From NCBI GenBank assembly GCA_035362315.1, contig DAOSDJ010000014.1:9419-73418 (forward strand): 64,000 nucleotides of DNA. Direction: 5' to 3'. The stretch's first letter is position 1, and each line of letters starts with the position of its first letter. Made by a program: the position numbers and the translations under genes. This DNA comes from Candidatus Rifleibacterium sp. Lineage in GTDB: Bacteria; Muiribacteriota; Ozemobacteria; Ozemobacterales; Ozemobacteraceae. A model generated the notes under the pieces. It was given only the letters and a program-made list of their open reading frames with translations, did no database searches and was not told the origin of the DNA. This document shows, in pieces, positions 47,527-54,511 of this stretch.

Positions 47527-48969
47527 ATGAAAACTGTTAAAACCTTGTTAAAAATATGTGTTCCGATTCTGGCAATCTTCGGCTGCTGCCTCACCGCCTC
47601 AGCTGCTGCATGCCGGCCGAACAGCGAAAAACACTTCGTGCAGTTTGAGCTCAATATTCCCGGGGTTAGCGAAGAGATGCTCTACGCCTCATTCTGGCTC
47701 GACGGCATTGCCAACCCTGACGCCATAATAATGACACCGGCTCAGATCGAACGCTACAATCGCCGCGGTTTCAAGGAATGCGAAGTTCTCAAGGACCTGC
47801 GCACCTACCCCGCTGCCGTCAGCGGCGACAAGCTCAGGGAAATGATCGGCAAAGTCAGTGCCCGCCCGAAAAACAAGCGCTATCTCGCCGGCAATGAGGT
47901 TGGCGAAGAATTTTACGCCGCCCTCGAAAAGCAACTCAATCTTGAAAAAATCGCCAATCTTACCCAGGTCAGGTTCGGCATCACCATCAGGCGCACCGAA
48001 ATGCGGGCTTTCCCGACCGCTGAGCGGGTCTTTTCAGAACCGAAAGACTTCGAAAGCGACATGTTTATCGAAACCGCTCTCTACCCGGTCGAACCCCTGG
48101 CAATTCTGCACACCAGCGCCGACGGAAAGTGGCTGTTTGCACAGTCATACAATTATCTGGCCTGGCTTCCGGCAGAAGCGGTAGCCTTTTCTGAGCGCAA
48201 ACCCCTCTTCGACTATCTTGACGCGAAAAATTTTCTGGTCGTTACCGGCAAAGGCATTTTTACCGGCTACAACCCGCTGCGCCCTGAAATTTCAGAGCTG
48301 CAGCTGGATATGGGCGCCAGAATTCCTCTGGCCGAAGCCGCTGAAATACCCATGGATATCGACGGCCAGCACCCGGCAGGCAATTACGTGGTTAAACTGC
48401 CGGCACGTGGCACTGACGGTCAGCTCGAATTCAGAATCGGCCTGATTGCCCGTTCCGAAGACGTGCGCGTCGGCTATCTGCCGCTGACCAGGCGCAATAT
48501 CATTACCCAGGCCTTCAAATTTCTCGGGCAACGCTATGGCTGGGGTGGCATGTTCAACACCCGCGACTGTAGTGCCTTCATCATGGACAACTACCGCAGC
48601 ATGGGCGTTCTGCTGCCCCGAAACGCTGGTGAGCAGGGCAAACAGGCAGTGGGCATAACCCACACGCTTACAAAAGAAATGACTCTCGAAGAACGTCAGG
48701 CGATTTTCGACCGGCTGCCGGCCGGCACACCGATTTACATGGCCGGCCATGCCATGCTCTATCTGGGTAAACGCAGCGACGATTACTACATAATCCATGA
48801 TTTTGCCGGTTTCAGAGTTCCTGATGCTGATGGCAAGCTCAAGAGTTCGACCGCCAGATGTGTTTTCGTGACCCCGCTGCTGGCAACTTTCCTATCTGAC
48901 GGAAAAAAATACCTCGAAGGCATCTATGCCGCGCGTGAATTCGTGCTTGGCGAAAGCCCGAAACAGTAA
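47527..48969 (+). CDS. secreted SH3b + NlpC/P60 (C40) peptidase, YkfC-like gamma-D-glutamyl-L-diamino acid endopeptidase
   Basis: Signal/lipoprotein N-terminus. C40 catalytic Cys in RDCSAFIMDNY and His in HAMLYLG. Adjacent to the YkfB-like epimerase. Confidence 0.7.
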   Translation: MKTVKTLLKICVPILAIFGCCLTASAAACRPNSEKHFVQFELNIPGVSEEMLYASFWLDGIANPDAIIMTPAQIERYNRRGFKECEVLKDLRTYPAAVSGDKLREMIGKVSARPKNKRYLAGNEVGEEFYAALEKQLNLEKIANLTQVRFGITIRRTEMRAFPTAERVFSEPKDFESDMFIETALYPVEPLAILHTSADGKWLFAQSYNYLAWLPAEAVAFSERKPLFDYLDAKNFLVVTGKGIFTGYNPLRPEISELQLDMGARIPLAEAAEIPMDIDGQHPAGNYVVKLPARGTDGQLEFRIGLIARSEDVRVGYLPLTRRNIITQAFKFLGQRYGWGGMFNTRDCSAFIMDNYRSMGVLLPRNAGEQGKQAVGITHTLTKEMTLEERQAIFDRLPAGTPIYMAGHAMLYLGKRSDDYYIIHDFAGFRVPDADGKLKSSTARCVFVTPLLATFLSDGKKYLEGIYAAREFVLGESPKQ

Positions 48970-48984
48970 AACCGGAGAAAAAAA

Positions 48985-50073
48985 ATGCATATAACCAATA
49001 TCAAGACAGGCCTGATCTCTGTACCGCTGCGCACCCCGTTCAAGACATCGCTGCGCACCATCGACAGTATCAAATCGGTTGTCGTCTCAGTCGAGACCGA
49101 CGCCGGCATAACCGGAATCGGTGAAGCACACCCGACCGGGCCGATCACCGGTGAATCGATCGGCAGCGTGCGCGGGGCGATTCATGAATTCATGCTGCCG
49201 AAACTGAAGGGCAAAGAAATCGCCAATCTCGAAGACACTCTCAATACGCTCGACAGCTCGATGGTCAAGAACACCAGCGCCAAAGCCGCTGTAGAAATGG
49301 CGATTTACGACCTGTTCGGCAAGAAATACCAGATACCGCTTTACCGTCTACTTGGCGGTTACCGCAACCAGGTCGAAACCGATCTGACCATCAGCGTCAA
49401 CAGCCCCGAAGAAATGGCACGCGACAGCAGAATCGCTATCGATAGAGGCTTCAGAATCCTCAAGCTCAAGGTCGGCCTCAACCCGGCCCTCGATATCGAA
49501 AGAATCATGGCGGTTAAAGAGGCCTGCGGGCCGATGACCGTGCTGCGACTCGACGCCAATCAGGGCTGGAGCGCGCGCGAAGCCGTAAAAATCATGCACG
49601 AGATCGAGTCAGAAATCAGCGGCATCGAACTGCTCGAACAGCCAGTGCTGGCGCATGACCTCGAAGGCCTGCGCATGGTCAAAGAAAGCATCGAAACCCC
49701 GGTATTGGCTGACGAAGCGGTTTTTTCAGCCATCGACGCCGAAAAGATCATCTCGATTGGTGCCGCTGACTACATCAACATCAAGCTGATGAAAACCGGC
49801 GGTCTGCGTGGCGCCATGCGCATCTGCGCTCTCGCCGAAATGCACAACGTCGAGTGTTTCCTGGGCTGCATGATGGAAACCAAGATCAGCGTCACCGCTG
49901 CCGCGCACCTCGCCTGCGCCAGAAGCATCATAACCAGATGCGACCTCGACAGCCCCGCCCTCTGCTCGACCGACCCGGTACACGGCGGCATCGAAATCGA
50001 AGGACCCTGGCTGAAAGTCTCAGAAGCCCCCGGCCTCGGCATCGACCACGTCGACGGCATCATCTGGGACTGA
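48985..50073 (+). CDS. L-Ala-D/L-Glu (dipeptide) epimerase, enolase superfamily (YkfB-like)
   Basis: MR/MLE signatures. KLKVG Lys, DANQGW, and metal ligands D..E..D across the barrel. RBS ggagaaaaaaa. Confidence 0.8.
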   Translation: MHITNIKTGLISVPLRTPFKTSLRTIDSIKSVVVSVETDAGITGIGEAHPTGPITGESIGSVRGAIHEFMLPKLKGKEIANLEDTLNTLDSSMVKNTSAKAAVEMAIYDLFGKKYQIPLYRLLGGYRNQVETDLTISVNSPEEMARDSRIAIDRGFRILKLKVGLNPALDIERIMAVKEACGPMTVLRLDANQGWSAREAVKIMHEIESEISGIELLEQPVLAHDLEGLRMVKESIETPVLADEAVFSAIDAEKIISIGAADYINIKLMKTGGLRGAMRICALAEMHNVECFLGCMMETKISVTAAAHLACARSIITRCDLDSPALCSTDPVHGGIEIEGPWLKVSEAPGLGIDHVDGIIWD

Positions 50074-50317
50074 CGACTAACCCCAAAATAACTGCTGATC
50101 CTGCAGGTTCGGCAAATCGCACAACTAGCAGCTTCAATAAGAGGCAACAGCTAAAAACCTTACAAACAAAGGTTTCTGGCTATTGCGAAAATCTTATCGA
50201 ATATGCTGGGCAATAACCGTATAATGCTTTTTATAAATTATTTATCTTTTTGTCACTGTATTAAAGCCGGTAAAATGGCTTTCTATTAAATAAAATTCAG
50301 AAATGTGAGTGATAATC

Positions 50318-53197
50318 ATGCCCTTGAGCTGGAACGAGATCAAAAGCCGCGCCGTAGCCTTTTCAAAAGAATGGGAAACCGAATCATCAGAAGACGCCGA
50401 AGCCAAATCCTTCTGGGACGGCTTTTTTAACGTTTTTGGCATTACCCGCAAACGCGTTGCCTCATTTGAAGAGCCGGTCAAAAAACTTGGAGCAAAGCAG
50501 GGCTTCATCGACCTTTTCTGGAAAGGCATTCTTCTGGTCGAACACAAATCACGCGGCAAGAATCTAGACCGCGCTTACACACAGGCTCTCGACTACTTTC
50601 CAGGCATTGAAGAACGCGACCTGCCGAAATACATCCTGGTCTCTGACTTTGCCAGATTTCGGCTCTACGACCTTGTCGAAAAAGAGCAGCACGAATTCAA
50701 CCTGAAAGATTTTCACAAAAATGTTCATTTGTTCGGCTTTGTTGCCGGCTATCAGAAACATAAAATTCGCGAAGAAGATCCGGTCAATATCAAAGCCGCC
50801 GAAAACATGGGCCGGCTTCACGACCAGCTAAAGGAAATCGGCTACGACGGTCATCAGCTTGAACTTTACCTGGTACGCCTGTTGTTTTGTCTATTTGCTG
50901 AAGATACCGGCATTTTTGAGCGCCGCATTTTTCAGGACTACATTGAAGAACGAACCTGCGAAGACGGCTCTGACCTGGCTCACCACTTAAGCACTGTGTT
51001 TCAGATATTGAACACACCGGAAAACAAACGCCTCAAAAATCTTGATGAACAGTTGGGCGCGTTTCCTTATGTTAACGGTAAGTTATTCGAAGAATTGCTT
51101 CCAACCGCCAGTTTTGACCAAAAAATGCGCCAAACTCTGCTTGACTGCTGCGCGCTCGACTGGAGCCGCATCTCACCTGCAATTTTTGGCTCATTATTCC
51201 AGTCGATCATGGACAAAACCGCACGCCGCAACCTTGGCGCACACTACACCAGCGAAAAGAACATTCTCAAGCTGATCAAGCCGTTGTTCCTCGACGAACT
51301 CCAGGAAGAATTCAACAAAGTAAAAACCAACAGGAACAAATTGGCTGAATTTCACCAGAAACTGCGTTCGTTGAAATTTCTCGACCCGGCCTGCGGCTGC
51401 GGAAACTTTCTGGTTATCGCTTATCGCGAACTGCGCCTGCTGGAACTGGAAGTAATAAGGTCATTACATGACAAGCGCCAGCAGATTCTCGATGTTCAAT
51501 CTCTTATTAAACTCGACGTTGACCAGTTTTACGGCATAGAAATTGAAGAATTCCCGGCCCAGATCGCTCAGGTAGCTTTGTGGCTGGTTGACCACCAGAT
51601 GAACATGCAGGTTTCTGAAGAGTTCGGCCTGTATTTCGCCCGCATACCTTTAAGGTCCAGCGGCACTATTGTGTGCGCTAACGCCCTGCAGATTAACTGG
51701 CAGAATCTTCTAAACCCGGTCAGCGCTCTAGATGCAACAGCGAAACATACGAACGTCTATTTAGTGAAAGATCCCGATGCGACTTATGAGACCATAAACG
51801 TTCACACGAAATCACTCAAAGTCCATAAGGGACCTGCTCCCACCGCATCAAAACCGGTTATTTTTGACTACATCATGGGCAATCCGCCTTTCATAGGCAA
51901 AAATTATCGTTCAAAAGAGCAAGATGCAGATATGCGCCGGGCCTTTAATAATGCTACCAATATTGAGCCTGTTAAATTGTACAAAAGCCTTGATTTTGTC
52001 GCTGCCTGGTATTATCTGGCGACAGATTACCTACACAAAAATAAAGACACGCGCGCGGCATTCGTCTCCACAAACAGCATTACTCAGGGCGAGCAGGTTT
52101 CTATTTTATGGTCGCCACTTTTAAAGGCCGGTCTGAAAATTAATTTTGCGCACCGCACATTCAGCTGGAATAGCGAAGCTAGAGGGAAAGCGGCTGTGCA
52201 TGTAGTAATCATTGGCTTTGGGCTGGTAGAAAATAAAGAAAAAAAACTGTTTGTTTATGATGACATCAAAGGCGAGCCACACAGTCTGGTTGCTAAAAAT
52301 ATTAATCCATACCTGCTTGATGCACCAAACATCGTTGTAGTTGCCAGAAAAAAACCAATAAGTAAAGTTCCTGAGATGGTAAATGGCAGTAAGCCAACTG
52401 ATGGTGGAAATTTACTGATGAGCGAAGAAGAGAAAGCCAAATTTCTGGAAATCGAACCAAAAGCAGCCCAATTTGTAAGGCGCTTCATGGGGTCTGAAGA
52501 GCTTATAAACAACCTACCCCGGTTTTGTATTTGGTTGGTTGATTGCCCACCGCACGCGCTCAGAGAAATGCCACATCTGATGAAACGTGTTGAAGCTGTT
52601 CAAGCAATGAGAAAAGCCAGCAGCAAAGAAGCGACGCAAAGAGATGCCAATAAGCCCTCATTATTTGCCGAAATTCGGCAACCAAGTTCAGATTTTATCG
52701 CAATACCAAAAACTTCTTCGGAAAAGAGATATTATAGCCCTGTTGCCCTTCTAGACAGGAACGTTGTTATAAGTACCGAACTCTTCTCGGTTGAAAATAC
52801 AACTCTTTACCATTTTGGAATTCTGGCCTCAACAATGCATAACGCTTGGCTACGTTCCGTAGCCGGGCGGCTAAAAAGCGATTATCGATATTCAGCCAGT
52901 CTGGTGTACAACAATTTTCCCTGGCCTACTAAGCCGTCAGAAAAACATATAGAAGAAGTTGAAACAGCCTCGAAAAAAATCCTTGAGGCCCGCAGCAAAT
53001 ACCACGAAAGCTCTCTGGCTGACCTCTACGACCCGAGATCAATGCCGCCTGACCTGGCAAAAGCCCACCAAAATCTTGACAGGGCAGTCGACACGGCTTA
53101 CGGCAAGTCCACCTTCAAAACAGAAGCCGACCGCGTTGCCTTCCTGTTTGAGCTTTATCAACGGTATGTCAGTGAAGCCGACACCGATTCTAAATAG
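50318..53197 (+). CDS. MmeI-family type IIL (IIG) restriction-modification enzyme (fused endonuclease-N6-adenine methyltransferase-TRD)
   Basis: N-terminus MPLSWNEIKSRAVAFSKEWE...FWDGFFNVFGI...GFIDLFWKGILLVEHKSRGKNLDRAYTQALDYF is nearly colinear with MmeI, including the D-x9-E-x-K nuclease motif. MTase motif I FLDPACGCGNFLV and motif IV GNPPFIGK. The low-GC gene is flanked by AT-rich DNA. Confidence 0.85.
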   Translation: MPLSWNEIKSRAVAFSKEWETESSEDAEAKSFWDGFFNVFGITRKRVASFEEPVKKLGAKQGFIDLFWKGILLVEHKSRGKNLDRAYTQALDYFPGIEERDLPKYILVSDFARFRLYDLVEKEQHEFNLKDFHKNVHLFGFVAGYQKHKIREEDPVNIKAAENMGRLHDQLKEIGYDGHQLELYLVRLLFCLFAEDTGIFERRIFQDYIEERTCEDGSDLAHHLSTVFQILNTPENKRLKNLDEQLGAFPYVNGKLFEELLPTASFDQKMRQTLLDCCALDWSRISPAIFGSLFQSIMDKTARRNLGAHYTSEKNILKLIKPLFLDELQEEFNKVKTNRNKLAEFHQKLRSLKFLDPACGCGNFLVIAYRELRLLELEVIRSLHDKRQQILDVQSLIKLDVDQFYGIEIEEFPAQIAQVALWLVDHQMNMQVSEEFGLYFARIPLRSSGTIVCANALQINWQNLLNPVSALDATAKHTNVYLVKDPDATYETINVHTKSLKVHKGPAPTASKPVIFDYIMGNPPFIGKNYRSKEQDADMRRAFNNATNIEPVKLYKSLDFVAAWYYLATDYLHKNKDTRAAFVSTNSITQGEQVSILWSPLLKAGLKINFAHRTFSWNSEARGKAAVHVVIIGFGLVENKEKKLFVYDDIKGEPHSLVAKNINPYLLDAPNIVVVARKKPISKVPEMVNGSKPTDGGNLLMSEEEKAKFLEIEPKAAQFVRRFMGSEELINNLPRFCIWLVDCPPHALREMPHLMKRVEAVQAMRKASSKEATQRDANKPSLFAEIRQPSSDFIAIPKTSSEKRYYSPVALLDRNVVISTELFSVENTTLYHFGILASTMHNAWLRSVAGRLKSDYRYSASLVYNNFPWPTKPSEKHIEEVETASKKILEARSKYHESSLADLYDPRSMPPDLAKAHQNLDRAVDTAYGKSTFKTEADRVAFLFELYQRYVSEADTDSK

Positions 53198-54244
53198 CTG
53201 ATTTTGCCCAAACACCAGTCGCTTTTTACTTTTAGCCTGGAAAAGTATGTAATTTATCCTTGCTACGTAGACGAACACGCATCCTGAAAACCATTCTAAA
53301 TATAAAGTCATCGGCTATGCATGCTCTAATGGTTCGGAGGTGAGTTCGGAGAAAATATTTCGCTTACTGTGAGAATTTCTCGTCACTTACCATGAATAGA
53401 TAGTTGAACGCTAAAAGACAATGGCTCGGATGAAAGCAAACAGGCTGCTTCGAAGGCATAAAACCTTTTCTTTACGCACAGTATAAGGGCAAAAGGGCGT
53501 TTTGAAAAGCCCACCGAAGAAATTTTCCCTGCAAAAAATTTTTACAGGGCTGCGTAAAGGAATTTTTCCCCGGCAATGTTTTTCAGCGGGTTGCGCGACG
53601 TTTTTGTCGCACAACCGGACTGGCTGTAACGACATTATTGGCGATTTTTCAATTTTTCGAGCTTGCCGCATGCGAGATTTTTCACAATACCGGCCACGCT
53701 GCAGCCGCCCCGGGAAGAGTGTAAACCTTTCGAATATTTTGCGACGGATAAATGGCTTCAGTGTCGATGGGTTTTTATGATTTTGTCGGTTGCGGGCGTT
53801 TATGTAGCACAACCGAATAACCTTATCAAGAGCGAGTTCGCTACGCTCATCGCCTTTGGCGACCCTTGACAATGTTATTCAGTTGTTCAGCATCGCAACT
53901 ATCGGCTGCTAAGCAGCCTTTTGCCAAAGGCCAGATTCATTATTACCGGGTTTATTGACCGGCAAACCGTCAAAAACGCCCACCGTCAATGAAGAATGGG
54001 TATAAATCTTGCGGGATACAGGGCGGTATCATTTGTAAGATTATTTCACAAACCTAGAGAGACAAAAGCAAGAGCGACATTAAGGCGTGGGGGCAGGCAA
54101 TGAAAAAAAAAGAGATCGATCACAAGAAGGTTTCGAAGAATGGCCAAGATTATGCAGTTCTTCCTTACTCAGTGTTTCTCGACCTGATAAAAGCATCGAC
54201 GGTTAACCTCGAAGGAGCAGACCTGAGTCACATGAATCTCGAAG

Positions 54245-54436
54245 ATGACCGGACGCGTTCTTGTCAGTGAATGGCGTAAATGCCTGAACCTCACCCAGGA
54301 AGAAGTGGCCGGCAAGATGGGCATTCCTGTGGTAGCCCTTGACCTGCTCGAAAAATCAGGGGCGAAACTGCGAAGAACAACGATCGAACAGCTCGCCGAA
54401 TCTTTAAACCTTGCACCGGCAAAGGCTTCCGAATAA
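54245..54436 (+). CDS. small XRE-type HTH protein (possibly the 3' part of a frameshifted ~110-aa antitoxin-like gene beginning at 54100)
   Basis: HTH LNLTQEEVAGKMGI. An upstream overlapping ORF 54100..54270 (MKKKEIDHKK...) lies in another frame. Confidence 0.45.
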   Translation: MTGRVLVSEWRKCLNLTQEEVAGKMGIPVVALDLLEKSGAKLRRTTIEQLAESLNLAPAKASE

Positions 54437-54458
54437 ATCACCGGTACAGGCGAAAAAA

Positions 54459-54492
54459 GCGCAGAGGGATTCAACATGTTGAACCCCTGCGC
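54459..54492. terminator. bidirectional hairpin terminator between convergent HTH and MVP genes
   Basis: gcgcagaggg attcaacatgttgaa cccctgcgc, flanked by an A6 run upstream and a T-rich run downstream. Confidence 0.6.
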
Positions 54493-54511
54493 TTATTTCA
54501 TACAGGCAATG

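Noticed and set aside
53411-53872. 153-aa minus-strand ORF in the region between the MmeI-like gene and the HTH gene
   Set aside because: Arg/Cys/Lys-rich composition, no RBS and no domain resemblance. The DNA it spans is full of hairpins and palindromes, which better fits noncoding sequence.
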